A DNA stretch of 64,000 bases from Escherichia coli (GCF_044324785.1 NZ_CP172127.1); one strand, 5' to 3'. Positions 40,401 to 50,704 are shown, numbered from the stretch's first letter. Numbers and translations: made by a program. The notes: generated by a model not told the origin, from the letters alone.

Positions 40401-41186
40401 TCGAACGTCAAAGGGGGTAACACAATGTGCGTGGTTTAATAATGGCTGAAAAGTAATGTGTATGCTTGTTCTGTGATAAGTGCAATCGAACGAGATATAT
40501 TGCATGGCAATAAACATATCCACGGCAAATTCTAGTCCGTAGACATAGACAATTTCATCCATGAGTTCAGGGCATTCGCCCCAGAATTTACGCGAAACCA
40601 GACCAACCTGTACAGCCAACGCAGCAGGAGAAAGTGGACCATTAGCGAGAGCTTCATTGATATTCTGCTGCCAGTTAGCAGAACATGCACTGAAATCGTA
40701 TGTTGTTAATTTTCCTGATAGATTATGAATATCCTGACCTAAATTCATAAGGAGGCTGTCTTGTGGTTCGCTTACAGCATCCCCAGGAAAACGTCGGGAA
40801 GGTAAGGCCTCCTGAGACTTTTTCTCCGATAGATGGATAGTGGAATCATCTGTAAGCCACGGGCATGGTGTCTCAGCAGGTTCAGCAACCATACTTTGGT
40901 CAAATACGACAGTGGTTTCTGCCACGCCAGTTGTATCTACTTCGATCGTTTCTATTTTGATTGCGGGTTGGGATGGCGAAGATAATTCTTCCACATATCC
41001 CTTCTTCACCTTCTCCGCAATCAGCTTCAGTTCCGCTTTTTCCGCAGCCGCAGTATCAGCAAAGCTTTTTACCTGACTTTGCCCTTTGGTGCCAACTTTT
41101 CCCCAACTGATATGCAACTCGTTTCCCTGTTGCTCAACCGCCCAGAATTTATGTGATTTTTCGCCCTGAAAGATAAAGTGTCTCAT
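37437..41186 (-). CDS. molR: WGR-domain/DUF4132 protein MolR (intact)
   Basis: 1249-aa uninterrupted ORF; N-terminal WGR-like domain (FIFQGEKSHKFWAVEQQGNELHISWGKVGTKGQ); 9-nt gap to yehI start. Confidence 0.85.
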   Translation of the reverse strand: MRHFIFQGEKSHKFWAVEQQGNELHISWGKVGTKGQSQVKSFADTAAAEKAELKLIAEKVKKGYVEELSSPSQPAIKIETIEVDTTGVAETTVVFDQSMVAEPAETPCPWLTDDSTIHLSEKKSQEALPSRRFPGDAVSEPQDSLLMNLGQDIHNLSGKLTTYDFSACSANWQQNINEALANGPLSPAALAVQVGLVSRKFWGECPELMDEIVYVYGLEFAVDMFIAMQYISFDCTYHRTSIHITFQPLLNHAHCVTPFDVRLRKHLALAEETLWQRCVDKFITALPDIPPVQQPMVALMLPERPEIAEEVARQLLKQKNVQTVEWLKLVVQESSLLKALESYCAYDLFNDYYHGCIWNVTVLQEQGIAGIARFAPYAYADLCGSILEEINHPQALMLLIRVSGKTKRCHERMTKACAAFPHAALAALAELLAQKEENSWRIMLMTMLISQPALAEQVTPWLSTPAVAVLKSCQQQLTQPSNHASADMLPAVLVSPPWLSKKKKSVMPVLDLTPLPLESCCTLTETAEKEIHARHRWHAHQIDIGQKEDIQNYLTRLGFNRWNNGHSMKASDAVVELWQRGDYSALISEFKTFWHSYQREWQLYMLAALPIEKTAQAWNVLSKEPHVGVEFVMTHLQLAGLQGFIHSFSRYPQEALPVAQYFAAIELAPLIARAFNKLKTLRQDARTWLLKYPEHAITGLLPSALGKAGEAQDNARAALRMLTENGHQLLLQEIARRYNQPEVTDAVNALLALDALDNHPTKIPTLPAFYQPSLWTRPVLKANAQSLPDNALLHLGEMLRFPLEEALYPGLLQVKDACTSDSLAEFAWDLFTAWLTAGAPSKESWAFIALGVLGNDDTARKLTPLIRAWPGESQHKRATVGLDILAAIGSDIALMQLNGIAQKLKFKALQERAKEKIADIAESRELTVAELEDRLAPNLGLDDNGSLLLDFGPRQFTVSFDETLKPFVRDASGSRLKDLPKPNKSDDESQANDAVNRYKLLKKDARTIAAQQVARLESAMCLRRRWSPENFQLFLVEHPLVRHLTRRLIWGVYSTENELLACFRVAEDNSYSTADDDLFTLPEGDISIGIPHVLEISPTDAAAFGQLFADYELLPPFRQLDRNSYALTEAERNASELTHWAGRKCPSGRVMGLANKGWIKGTPQDGGWIGWMIKPLGRWSLIMEIDEGFAVGMSPAELSAEQLLSKLWLWEGKAESYGWGSNSTQEAQFSVLDAITASELINDIEALFE

Positions 41187-41293
41187 TCTGCATCCCTGTA
41201 ATTTTATCCAGTTGAATGCTGATGCTACCAGTATTTATGCGGGTTAGAGAGAGACAAAATCGCAAGAAAACAACTTTAGGAATTTATAAAGAA

Positions 41294-41317
41294 AAGGCGC
41301 TGTCGATGCAGCGCCTT
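41294..41317 (-). terminator. rho-independent terminator of metG
   Basis: AAGGCGCTG-TCGATG-CAGCGCCTT hairpin with U-tract on minus strand, 10 nt past metG stop. Confidence 0.6.
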
Positions 41318-41326
41318 GAAGGGGGA

Positions 41327-43360
41327 TTATTTCACCTGATGACCCGGTTTAGCACCGGCATCCGGGCTTAGCAGGAAAATATCTTTCCCGCCAGGACCGG
41401 CAGCCATCACCATGCCTTCAGAGATACCGAAGCGCATTTTACGTGGTGCCAGGTTAGCCACCATAATGGTGTGACGACCAATCAGTGCCTGCGGATCCGG
41501 GTAGGCAGAACGAATGCCGGAGAAGACATTGCGTTTTTCACCGCCGAGATCCAGCGTCAGGCGCAGCAGTTTGTCAGAACCTTCAACAAACTCTGCGTTT
41601 TCAATCAGCGCCACGCGCAGGTCAACTTTAGCAAAGTCGTCAAAGGTGATGGTTTCCTGAATCGGATCATCTGCCAGTGGGCCAGTAACTGGCGCGGCAG
41701 CTGCTTTCACTTCTTCTTTAGACGCTTCCACCAGTGCTTCAACCTGCTTCATATCGATGCGGTTATACAGCGCTTTGAACGGATTCACTTTGTGGCCCAG
41801 CAGCGGTTGCTGGATACCATCCCAGGTCAGTTCCGTATTGAGGAATGCTTCTGCGCGCTCGGTCAGTTTCGGCAGTACCGGCTTCAGGTAAGTCATCAGC
41901 ACGCGGAACAGGTTGATGCCCATCGAGCAAATTGCCTGCAGGTCGGCATCGCAGCCTTCCTGTTTCGCCACCACCCACGGAGCCTGTTCATCGACATAGC
42001 GGTTAGCCAGATCAGCCAGCGCCATGATTTCGCGGATCGCTTTACCAAATTCGCGGCTTTCCCATGCTTCACCAATCACTTCGGCGGCATCAGTGAAGGT
42101 TTTGTACAGTTGAGGGTCAGCCAGTTCGCTTGCCAGCACGCCGTCAAAACGCTTGTTGATAAAGCCAGCGTTACGGGATGCCAGGTTAACCACTTTATTC
42201 ACGATATCGGCATTCACACGCTGAACGAAATCTTCCAGGTTGAGATCGATATCATCAATGCGCGAAGAGAGTTTCGCAGTGTAGTAGTAACGCAGGCTGT
42301 CGGCGTCAAAATGATTCAGCCAGGTGCTGGCTTTAATAAAGGTACCGCGAGACTTAGACATCTTCGCGCCGTTCACCGTCACATAGCCATGAACAAATAG
42401 GTTGGTCGGCTTGCGGAAGTTGCTGCCTTCCAGCATGGCAGGCCAGAACAGGCTGTGGAAGTAAACGATATCTTTACCGATGAAGTGGTACAGCTCGGCG
42501 GTGGAATCTTTCTTCCAGTATTCATCGAAGCTGGTGGTGTCGCCGCGTTTGTCGCACAGATTCTTGAAGGAACCCATGTAGCCAATCGGCGCATCCAGCC
42601 AGACGTAGAAATATTTGCCCGGTGCGTTCGGAATTTCAAAACCGAAGTACGGCGCATCGCGGGAGATATCCCACTGTTGCAGGCCAGATTCAAACCACTC
42701 CTGCATTTTGTTTGCCACTTGCTCCTGCAACGCGCCGCTGCGGGTCCATGCCTGCAGCATTTCGCTGAAAGAGGGCAGATCAAAGAAGAAGTGTTCAGAA
42801 TCACGCATTACCGGCGTAGCACCAGAAACCACCGATTTCGGCTCGATCAATTCAGTCGGGCTGTAGGTCGCGCCGCAGACTTCGCAGTTATCGCCGTATT
42901 GATCCGGGGATTTACATTTCGGGCAGGTGCCTTTCACAAAACGGTCCGGCAGGAACATGCCTTTTTCCGGATCGTACAGCTGAGAAATAGTGCGGTTTTT
43001 AATAAAACCGTTTTCTTTCAGGCGAGAGTAGATAAGTTCTGACAACTGGCGGTTCTCTTCGCTGTGCGTCGAGTGATAGTTGTCATAGCTGATGTTAAAG
43101 CCTGCGAAATCAGTCTGATGCTCCTGACTCATTTCGCCAATCATCTGCTCCGGGGTGATACCAAGCTGCTGAGCTTTCAGCATGATCGGTGTACCGTGGG
43201 CATCGTCGGCGCAGATGAAGTTGACCTCGTGGCCGCGCATTCGCTGGTAACGGACCCAGACATCAGCCTGGATGTGCTCCAGCATATGGCCGAGGTGGAT
43301 TGAGCCGTTAGCGTACGGCAGTGCGCACGTCACCAGAATTTTCTTCGCGACTTGAGTCAT
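41327..43360 (-). CDS. metG: methionyl-tRNA synthetase
   Basis: 677 aa from ATG ([33 protein letters not shown] motif; KMSKS present). Confidence 0.95.
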   Translation of the reverse strand: MTQVAKKILVTCALPYANGSIHLGHMLEHIQADVWVRYQRMRGHEVNFICADDAHGTPIMLKAQQLGITPEQMIGEMSQEHQTDFAGFNISYDNYHSTHSEENRQLSELIYSRLKENGFIKNRTISQLYDPEKGMFLPDRFVKGTCPKCKSPDQYGDNCEVCGATYSPTELIEPKSVVSGATPVMRDSEHFFFDLPSFSEMLQAWTRSGALQEQVANKMQEWFESGLQQWDISRDAPYFGFEIPNAPGKYFYVWLDAPIGYMGSFKNLCDKRGDTTSFDEYWKKDSTAELYHFIGKDIVYFHSLFWPAMLEGSNFRKPTNLFVHGYVTVNGAKMSKSRGTFIKASTWLNHFDADSLRYYYTAKLSSRIDDIDLNLEDFVQRVNADIVNKVVNLASRNAGFINKRFDGVLASELADPQLYKTFTDAAEVIGEAWESREFGKAIREIMALADLANRYVDEQAPWVVAKQEGCDADLQAICSMGINLFRVLMTYLKPVLPKLTERAEAFLNTELTWDGIQQPLLGHKVNPFKALYNRIDMKQVEALVEASKEEVKAAAAPVTGPLADDPIQETITFDDFAKVDLRVALIENAEFVEGSDKLLRLTLDLGGEKRNVFSGIRSAYPDPQALIGRHTIMVANLAPRKMRFGISEGMVMAAGPGGKDIFLLSPDAGAKPGHQVK

Positions 43361-43491
43361 AGTAGGCATTACTTCTTAATAGTGAAAAGGGGTTAGATAG
43401 TACCAAATGGGAAAATGTTAAGTAAGTACTTCTCTATATTCTTCAGGTAAACTATCAGCTGATGGTTTATCTATACAAAAAAGGAGTCGGG

Positions 43492-44601
43492 ATGAACGAA
43501 CAATCCCAGGCCAAATCACCAGAAGCCTTGCGCGCAATGGTCGCCGGGACACTGGCCAATTTTCAGCACCCAACCCTGAAGCATAACCTCACCACGCTGA
43601 AAGCGTTGCACCATGTCGCCTGGATGGACGACACGTTGCATGTGGAACTGGTTATGCCATTCGTCTGGCATAGCGCTTTCGAAGAGTTAAAAGAGCAATG
43701 TAGCGCCGAACTGCTGCGCATCACCGGGGCGAAAGCTATCGACTGGAAACTGTCGCACAATATCGCCACCTTAAAACGCGTGAAGAATCAGCCGGGAATT
43801 AACGGCGTGAAGAACATCATTGCGGTCAGCTCCGGTAAAGGCGGCGTGGGTAAATCCTCCACGGCGGTAAACCTGGCGCTGGCACTGGCGGCGGAAGGGG
43901 CGAAAGTCGGCATTCTGGATGCCGATATCTACGGCCCATCAATCCCCACCATGCTGGGCGCAGAAAATCAGCGTCCAACTTCGCCGGACGGTACCCATAT
44001 GGCACCGATTATGTCTCATGGACTGGCAACCAATTCAATTGGTTATCTGGTCACTGACGACAATGCGATGGTGTGGCGTGGTCCGATGGCGAGCAAGGCG
44101 TTAATGCAGATGTTGCAGGAAACCTTGTGGCCGGATCTCGACTATCTGGTGCTTGATATGCCGCCAGGTACCGGTGACATTCAATTGACACTGGCACAAA
44201 ACATTCCAGTAACTGGTGCGGTAGTGGTCACCACCCCACAAGACATTGCGTTGATCGATGCGAAAAAAGGCATTGTGATGTTCGAGAAAGTCGAGGTTCC
44301 GGTGCTCGGTATTGTCGAGAACATGAGTGTGCACATTTGCAGTAACTGTGGTCACCATGAACCAATTTTCGGTACCGGTGGTGCAGAGAAACTGGCCGAG
44401 AAATACCACACGCAGTTGCTGGGGCAGATGCCGTTACACATCTCCTTACGTGAAGATCTCGATAAAGGCACGCCAACGGTTATCAGCCGTCCGGAGAGCG
44501 AATTTACCGCTATCTACCGCCAGCTGGCTGACCGCGTTGCAGCCCAGCTTTATTGGCAGGGAGAAGTCATTCCTGGCGAGATTTCCTTCCGCGCGGTCTG
44601 A
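43492..44601 (+). CDS. mrp: Fe-S cluster carrier P-loop ATPase Mrp/ApbC
   Basis: 369 aa from ATG at 43492; Walker A SGKGGVGKSS; CxxC motif. Confidence 0.9.
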   Translation: MNEQSQAKSPEALRAMVAGTLANFQHPTLKHNLTTLKALHHVAWMDDTLHVELVMPFVWHSAFEELKEQCSAELLRITGAKAIDWKLSHNIATLKRVKNQPGINGVKNIIAVSSGKGGVGKSSTAVNLALALAAEGAKVGILDADIYGPSIPTMLGAENQRPTSPDGTHMAPIMSHGLATNSIGYLVTDDNAMVWRGPMASKALMQMLQETLWPDLDYLVLDMPPGTGDIQLTLAQNIPVTGAVVVTTPQDIALIDAKKGIVMFEKVEVPVLGIVENMSVHICSNCGHHEPIFGTGGAEKLAEKYHTQLLGQMPLHISLREDLDKGTPTVISRPESEFTAIYRQLADRVAAQLYWQGEVIPGEISFRAV

Positions 44602-44631
44602 CGCGTATTAACCTTTTTGGTTGTTTTTCAT

Positions 44632-44672
44632 ACACCGCAGAGATGTTACATTGATGCGGTGTATTTGTTTTT
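44632..44672 (+). terminator. rho-independent terminator of mrp
   Basis: ACACCGCA...TGCGGTGT stem followed by ATTTGTTTTT. Confidence 0.5.
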
Positions 44673-44863
44673 GCCGCATTAATGAACACTTATTTAATGC
44701 TGCGAATATTCTGCGGACCTTCGTCCGAAACTCTATAAAGTCGATTGATCGTACAGGCAATGCTTCATTATCATCCTTCGTGGCTGTGTAGTGGATGTAC
44801 AGCTATAGTTTGTTATGCACTCATTCTATCCAGGCATAACCTTTACTACAGGGATAACGTTCA

Positions 44864-45145
44864 ATGAATAAGTACTGGCTGTCAGGAATTATTTTTCTTG
44901 CCTATGGAATGGCTTCTCCCGCGTTCTCTTCACAGACTGCCACATTAACGATTAATGGCAGGATCAGTCCCCCAACATGCAGTATGGCTATGGTTAATGG
45001 TCAACCTCAACAGCATTGTGGTCAGTTAACGTATGATGTTGATACCCGTCATCAGGTTTCTTCGCCAGTCAAAGGTGTAACGACAGAAGTGGTTGTTGCA
45101 GGTAGCGATAGCAAACGTCGAATCGTGTTAAATCGCTACGATTAA
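44864..45145 (+). CDS. yehE: small secreted protein YehE
   Basis: 93-aa ORF with signal peptide. Confidence 0.7.
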   Translation: MNKYWLSGIIFLAYGMASPAFSSQTATLTINGRISPPTCSMAMVNGQPQQHCGQLTYDVDTRHQVSSPVKGVTTEVVVAGSDSKRRIVLNRYD

Positions 45146-45176
45146 TTTGCCACCCTGGTTTTTTAATCGGATTTAG

Positions 45177-45218
45177 AAAGCTGAAATCATTCGTGTGAAT
45201 GATTTCAGCTTTTTTATT
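45177..45218 (+). terminator. strong rho-independent terminator after yehE
   Basis: 15-bp perfect stem AAGCTGAAATCATTC-GTGT-GAATGATTTCAGCTT followed by TTTTTATT. Confidence 0.7.
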
Positions 45219-45440
45219 GATAGCAATAATGCCATTTACAAAAATCTGCATTAATTAATAGATGTGATAAATATTTAATATGCTTAAGTATTTGTTGTAT
45301 TTATATTGCAATAGTTAATTTGTTTTAAATCAATAAAACAATATGTTTACATTGCGGCAACTTTTTTGATGTGAGAAATTTGTTTCCAAGAGATACAGAC
45401 TCTTAACAACCAAAAAATAAATTTTATTAAGGAACATATT

Positions 45441-45983
45441 ATGAAACGTTCAATTATTGCTGCCGCTGTCTTTTCTTCTTTTTTTATGAGCGCCGGGGTA
45501 TTTGCCGCAGACGTTGATACCGGAACATTAACCATTAAAGGAAATATTGCAGAATCTCCGTGTAAATTCGAAGCGGGTGGCGATTCAGTAAGTATTAATA
45601 TGCCAACTGTACCAACCACTGTCTTTGAAGGTAAAGCTAAATACTCGACCTATGATGATGCAGTCGGTGTAACCAGCAGCATGTTAAAAATTAGCTGTCC
45701 GAAAGAAGTTGCTGGTGTAAAACTCTCGTTGATTACCAACGATAAAATAACCGGAAACGATAAGGCGATAGCCAGTAGCAACGATACCGTGGGGTACTAT
45801 CTCTATTTAGGTGATAACAGCGATGTCCTGGATGTTTCTGCACCTTTTAATATTGAGAGTTATAAAACAGCGGAAGGTCAATATGCTATTCCGTTTAAAG
45901 CAAAATACCTGAAGCTGACAGATAATTCAGTGCAATCAGGTGATGTGTTATCTTCTCTGGTTATGCGTGTGGCGCAGGATTAA
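45441..45983 (+). CDS. yehD: fimbrial major subunit (chaperone-usher pilus)
   Basis: 180-aa ORF with signal peptide and fimbrial subunit C-terminus; first gene of D-C-B-A operon. Confidence 0.8.
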   Translation: MKRSIIAAAVFSSFFMSAGVFAADVDTGTLTIKGNIAESPCKFEAGGDSVSINMPTVPTTVFEGKAKYSTYDDAVGVTSSMLKISCPKEVAGVKLSLITNDKITGNDKAIASSNDTVGYYLYLGDNSDVLDVSAPFNIESYKTAEGQYAIPFKAKYLKLTDNSVQSGDVLSSLVMRVAQD

Positions 45984-46019
45984 TAAATAAAACTTCAAGT
46001 TTCTCCAGGTAATAAACAT

Positions 46020-46046
46020 GGCCGCTATCCCCATGGCGGCCTTTTA
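46020..46046 (+). terminator. intra-operon attenuator hairpin between fimbrial subunit and chaperone genes
   Basis: GGCCGC...GCGGCC stem followed by TTTTAATTT. Confidence 0.4.
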
Positions 46047-46063
46047 ATTTAAGAGGCATTAAG

Positions 46064-46738
46064 ATGAAAGGATTATTTGCTTTACTCATTTCTTCTATGG
46101 TCCTTCCTGCACATGCCGGTATTGTTATCTACGGGACGCGTATTATTTACCCGGCAGAAAATAAAGAAGTGATGGTGCAGTTGATGAATCAGGGAAACCG
46201 TTCTTCGCTGCTGCAGGCGTGGATTGATGATGGTGATACGTCGTTACCACCAGAAAAAATTCAGGTTCCTTTCATGTTAACGCCACCAGTGGCAAAAATA
46301 GGGGCAAATTCCGGGCAGCAAGTAAAAATCAAAATTATGCCGAATAAACTGCCCACTAATAAAGAGAGCATTTTTTATCTGAATGTTCTGGATATTCCAC
46401 CAAATAGTCCAGAGCAAGAGGGCAAGAATGCACTGAAATTTGCAATGCAAAACAGAATCAAATTGTTTTACCGGCCTGCGGGTATTGCACCGGTAAATAA
46501 AGCGACATTTAAAAAATTACTGGTAAATCGCAGTGGCAATGGATTGGTGATAAAAAATGACTCAGCAAATTGGGTGACGATTTCGGATGTCAAAGCTAAT
46601 AATGTCAAAGTCAATTATGAAACTATTATGATTGCCCCCTTAGAAAGTCAGAGTATTAATGTCAAAAGTAATAATGCGAATAACTGGTATCTGACCATTA
46701 TCGATGACCATGGCAACTATATTAGTGACAAAATTTAA
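46064..46738 (+). CDS. yehC: periplasmic fimbrial chaperone (PapD-like)
   Basis: 224-aa ORF, signal peptide, Ig-like chaperone pattern. Confidence 0.8.
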   Translation: MKGLFALLISSMVLPAHAGIVIYGTRIIYPAENKEVMVQLMNQGNRSSLLQAWIDDGDTSLPPEKIQVPFMLTPPVAKIGANSGQQVKIKIMPNKLPTNKESIFYLNVLDIPPNSPEQEGKNALKFAMQNRIKLFYRPAGIAPVNKATFKKLLVNRSGNGLVIKNDSANWVTISDVKANNVKVNYETIMIAPLESQSINVKSNNANNWYLTIIDDHGNYISDKI

Positions 46739-46753
46739 TTGCAGGAGCTGCCT

Positions 46754-49234
46754 ATGTTGAGAATGACCCCACTTGCATCAGCAATCTTAGCGTTATTGCT
46801 CGGCATTGAAGCTTATGCAGCTGAAGAAACCTTTGATACCCATTTTATGATAGGTGGAATGAAAGACCAGCAGGTTGTAAATATTCGTCTTGATGATAAT
46901 CAACCCTTGCCGGGGCAGTATGACATCGATATTTATGTCAATAAGCAATGGCGCGGGAAATATGAGATTATTGTTAAAGACAACCCGCAAGAAACATGTT
47001 TATCAAGGGAAATTATCAAGCGGTTAGGCATTAATACCGATAACTTTGCCAGCGGTAAGCAATGTTTAACATTTGAGCAACTTGTTCAGGGTGGGAGCTA
47101 TACCTGGGATATCGGAGTTTTTCGTCTCGATTTCAGTGTCCCGCAGGCGTGGGTGGAAGAACTGGAAAGTGGCTATGTTCCACCGGAAAACTGGGAGCGG
47201 GGTATTAATGCGTTTTATACCTCTTATTATGTGAGTCAGTATTACAGCGACTATAAAGCGTCGGGTAATAGCAAGAGTACATATGTACGTTTTAACAGCG
47301 GGTTAAACTTACTGGGGTGGCAACTGCATTCTGATGCCAGTTTCAGTAAAACAAATAGCAATCCAGGGGTGTGGAAAAGCAATACCCTGTATCTGGAACG
47401 TGGATTTGCCCAACTTCTCGGCACGCTTCGCGTGGGTGATATGTACACATCAAGCGATATTTTTGATTCTGTTCGCTTCAGCGGTGTGCGGTTGTTTCGT
47501 GATATGCAGATGTTGCCTAACTCGAAACAAAATTTTACTCCACGGGTGCAGGGGATTGCTCAGAGTAACGCGCTGGTAACTATTGAACAGAATGGTTTTG
47601 TGGTTTATCAGAAAGAGGTTCCTCCTGGCCCGTTTGCGATTACAGATTTGCAGTTGGCCGGGGGGGGAGCGGATCTTGATGTCAGCGTGAAAGAGGCGGA
47701 CGGTTCGGTAACCACCTATCTGGTGCCTTATGCAGCGGTGCCAAATATGCTGCAACCCGGCGTGTCGAAATATGATTTTGCGGCGGGTCGTAGCCATATT
47801 GAAGGGGCGAGCAAACAAAGTGATTTTGTTCAGGCGGGTTATCAGTATGGTTTTAATAACTTATTGACGCTGTATGGCGGATCGATGGTCGCGAATAATT
47901 ATTACGCGTTCACTTTGGGGACTGGCTGGAATACACGCATTGGTGCCATTTCCGTCGATGCCACGAAGTCGCATAGTAAACAAGACAACGGCGATGTGTT
48001 TGACGGGCAAAGTTATCAAATTGCCTACAACAAATTTGTGAGCCAAACGTCGACGCGTTTTGGTCTGGCGGCCTGGCGTTATTCGTCGCGTGATTACCGG
48101 ACATTTAATGATCACGTTTGGGCAAACAATAAAGATAATTATCGCCGTGATGAAAACGATGTCTATGACATTGCCGATTATTACCAGAACGATTTTGGCC
48201 GTAAAAATAGCTTCTCTGCCAATATGAGCCAGTCATTGCCAGAAGGCTGGGGTTCTGTGTCCTTAAGTACGTTATGGCGAGATTACTGGGGGCGTAGCGG
48301 CAGCAGTAAGGATTATCAGTTGAGTTATTCCAACAACCTGCGACGGATAAGCTATACCCTCGCGGCAAGCCAGGCTTATGACGAGAATCATCATGAAGAG
48401 AAACGTTTTAATATTTTTATATCGATTCCCTTTGATTGGGGGGATGACGTTACGACGCCTCGTCGGCAAATATATATGTCTAACTCAACGACGTTTGATG
48501 ATCAGGGGGTTGCCTCAAATAATACGGGATTATCGGGAACCGTTGGAAGCCGGGATCAATTTAACTATGGGGTCAACCTGAGTCATCAGCATCAGGGAAA
48601 TGAAACGACAGCTGGAGCGAATTTAACCTGGAACGCGCCGGTGGCAACGGTGAATGGCAGTTATAGTCAGTCGAGTACTTATCGACAGGCTGGAGCCAGT
48701 GTTTCAGGGGGCATTGTCGCTTGGTCGGGTGGCGTTAATCTGGCGAACCGTCTTTCCGAAACGTTTGCTGTGATGAATGCGCCAGGAATTAAAGATGCTT
48801 ATGTCAATGGGCAAAAATATCGCACAACAAACCGTAATGGAGTGGTGGTATACGACGGAATGACACCTTATCGGGAAAATCACCTGATGCTGGATGTGTC
48901 GCAAAGCGATAGCGAAGCAGAATTACGTGGCAACCGGAAAATTGCCGCCCCTTATCGCGGCGCGGTTGTACTGGTTAATTTTGATACCGATCAGCGCAAG
49001 CCCTGGTTTATAAAAGCATTAAGAACGGATGGGCAACCATTAACGTTTGGTTATGAAGTCAATGATATCCATGGTCATAATATTGGCGTTGTCGGCCAGG
49101 GAAGCCAGTTATTTATTCGCACCAATGAAGTACCGCCATCGGTTAATGTAGCAATTGATAAGCAACAAGGACTTTCATGCACAATCACCTTCGGTAAAGA
49201 GATTGATGAAAGTAGAAATTATATTTGCCAGTAA
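46754..49234 (+). CDS. yehB: outer-membrane fimbrial usher
   Basis: 826 aa from ATG at 46754 (MLRMTPLASAILALLLGIEAYA). Confidence 0.85.
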   Translation: MLRMTPLASAILALLLGIEAYAAEETFDTHFMIGGMKDQQVVNIRLDDNQPLPGQYDIDIYVNKQWRGKYEIIVKDNPQETCLSREIIKRLGINTDNFASGKQCLTFEQLVQGGSYTWDIGVFRLDFSVPQAWVEELESGYVPPENWERGINAFYTSYYVSQYYSDYKASGNSKSTYVRFNSGLNLLGWQLHSDASFSKTNSNPGVWKSNTLYLERGFAQLLGTLRVGDMYTSSDIFDSVRFSGVRLFRDMQMLPNSKQNFTPRVQGIAQSNALVTIEQNGFVVYQKEVPPGPFAITDLQLAGGGADLDVSVKEADGSVTTYLVPYAAVPNMLQPGVSKYDFAAGRSHIEGASKQSDFVQAGYQYGFNNLLTLYGGSMVANNYYAFTLGTGWNTRIGAISVDATKSHSKQDNGDVFDGQSYQIAYNKFVSQTSTRFGLAAWRYSSRDYRTFNDHVWANNKDNYRRDENDVYDIADYYQNDFGRKNSFSANMSQSLPEGWGSVSLSTLWRDYWGRSGSSKDYQLSYSNNLRRISYTLAASQAYDENHHEEKRFNIFISIPFDWGDDVTTPRRQIYMSNSTTFDDQGVASNNTGLSGTVGSRDQFNYGVNLSHQHQGNETTAGANLTWNAPVATVNGSYSQSSTYRQAGASVSGGIVAWSGGVNLANRLSETFAVMNAPGIKDAYVNGQKYRTTNRNGVVVYDGMTPYRENHLMLDVSQSDSEAELRGNRKIAAPYRGAVVLVNFDTDQRKPWFIKALRTDGQPLTFGYEVNDIHGHNIGVVGQGSQLFIRTNEVPPSVNVAIDKQQGLSCTITFGKEIDESRNYICQ

Positions 49235-49249
49235 TAGTCAGGTGGTTCT

Positions 49250-50284
49250 ATGAAAATTCGCATAATGCTATTTATATTAATGATGATGGTTATGCCTGTG
49301 AGCTATGCGGCATGTTATAGTGAGTTATCTGTTCAGCACAATTTGGTTGTTCAGGGGGATTTTGCACTTAGTCAAACACAAATAGCGACATATGAGCATA
49401 ATTTTAATGATTCGTCATGCGTGAGTACAAATACTATCACCCCTATGAGCCCATCGGATATTATTGTTGGACTTTATAACGATACCATTAAATTAAATTT
49501 ACATTTTGAATGGACCAATAAAAACAACATCACGTTGTCAAATAATCAGACCAGTTTCACCAGTGGTTATTCGGTAACGGTGACACCTGCGGCCAGTAAT
49601 GCAAAAGTGAATGTTTCTGCGGGGGGCGGCGGTTCAGTGATGATTAATGGTGTTGCGACATTATCCAGTGCTTCATCATCGACACGCGGGAGTGCTGCAA
49701 TACAATTTTTACTGTGTTTATTCGGTGGCAAGTCATGGGATGCATGTGTAAATAGCTACAGAAATGCATTGGCACAAAATGCAGGTGTCTATTCCTTTAA
49801 TCTGACATTGTCATACAACCCGATAACCACAACCTGCAAACCGGACGATTTATTAATTACTTTAGAGAGTATTCCCGTTTCACAATTACCAGCCACAGGT
49901 AACAAAGCAACAATAAATAGTAACAAAGGGGATATTGTTCTGCGTTGTAAAAACTTATTAGGTCAACAAAATCAAACATCACGGAAAATGCAGGTGTATT
50001 TATCAAGTTCTGACTTGTTAAACAACAGCAACACGATACTTAAAGGTGCAAAAGATAATGGCGTAGGATTTGTTCTTGAAAGTAATGGTTCGTCAGTCAC
50101 ACTTTTAAATATCACTGACAGCAGTAAAGGATACACAAATTTAAAAGAAATTGCGGCGAAGTCAAAACTTACAGATACAACGGTTTCAATTCCGATAACA
50201 GCCAGTTACTACGTCTACGATACAAACAAAGTTAAATCTGGCGCACTGGAGGCAACCGCATTAATCAACGTGAAATACGACTAA
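49250..50284 (+). CDS. yehA: fimbrial adhesin-like protein
   Basis: 344-aa ORF, signal peptide, Ser/Thr/Asn-rich. Confidence 0.8.
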   Translation: MKIRIMLFILMMMVMPVSYAACYSELSVQHNLVVQGDFALSQTQIATYEHNFNDSSCVSTNTITPMSPSDIIVGLYNDTIKLNLHFEWTNKNNITLSNNQTSFTSGYSVTVTPAASNAKVNVSAGGGGSVMINGVATLSSASSSTRGSAAIQFLLCLFGGKSWDACVNSYRNALAQNAGVYSFNLTLSYNPITTTCKPDDLLITLESIPVSQLPATGNKATINSNKGDIVLRCKNLLGQQNQTSRKMQVYLSSSDLLNNSNTILKGAKDNGVGFVLESNGSSVTLLNITDSSKGYTNLKEIAAKSKLTDTTVSIPITASYYVYDTNKVKSGALEATALINVKYD

Positions 50285-50340
50285 TAACAAGCAAGACGAG
50301 CAAGTGGCTAATAATAAAAAATAATAAGGTGTCTGCATTT

Positions 50341-50359
50341 CCCCCTCATGATGAGGGGG
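50341..50359. terminator. terminator hairpin between convergent yehA and rcnB
   Basis: CCCCCTCATGATGAGGGGG palindrome followed by CTTTTCTT. Confidence 0.5.
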
Positions 50360-50365
50360 CTTTTC

Positions 50366-50704
50366 TTAGCGATGATAAAAAATCTCACCGTCGTAGGCTT
50401 TAATGATTTTACCGTCGGTGTCGCTGATCAACACGTATGCGCCACCCATATAGGTCCAGTGCGTTCCGGCATCAGGCGCGGGCAGATTACGTAACTGCCA
50501 CTGCTTAATGTTGTACTCATCGGTGCGGTACATCTCTGGGACGGTATCGCCTGGTTTGAAATGCTTAAAGTCAGCAATGAAACTGCTTAACTCATACTTA
50601 GAAATTCCCGAGGTATTGGTCGAACCCGCGGTGGCTGGTGCGGCCCAGGCGGCACTGGTAACCAGCAAAAGCACACCCAGCAACATCTTATTTTTAATGG
50701 TCAT
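50366..50704 (-). CDS. rcnB: periplasmic nickel/cobalt homeostasis protein RcnB
   Basis: 112 aa from internal ATG (MTIKNKMLLGVLLLVTSAAWA). Confidence 0.85.
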   Translation of the reverse strand: MTIKNKMLLGVLLLVTSAAWAAPATAGSTNTSGISKYELSSFIADFKHFKPGDTVPEMYRTDEYNIKQWQLRNLPAPDAGTHWTYMGGAYVLISDTDGKIIKAYDGEIFYHR

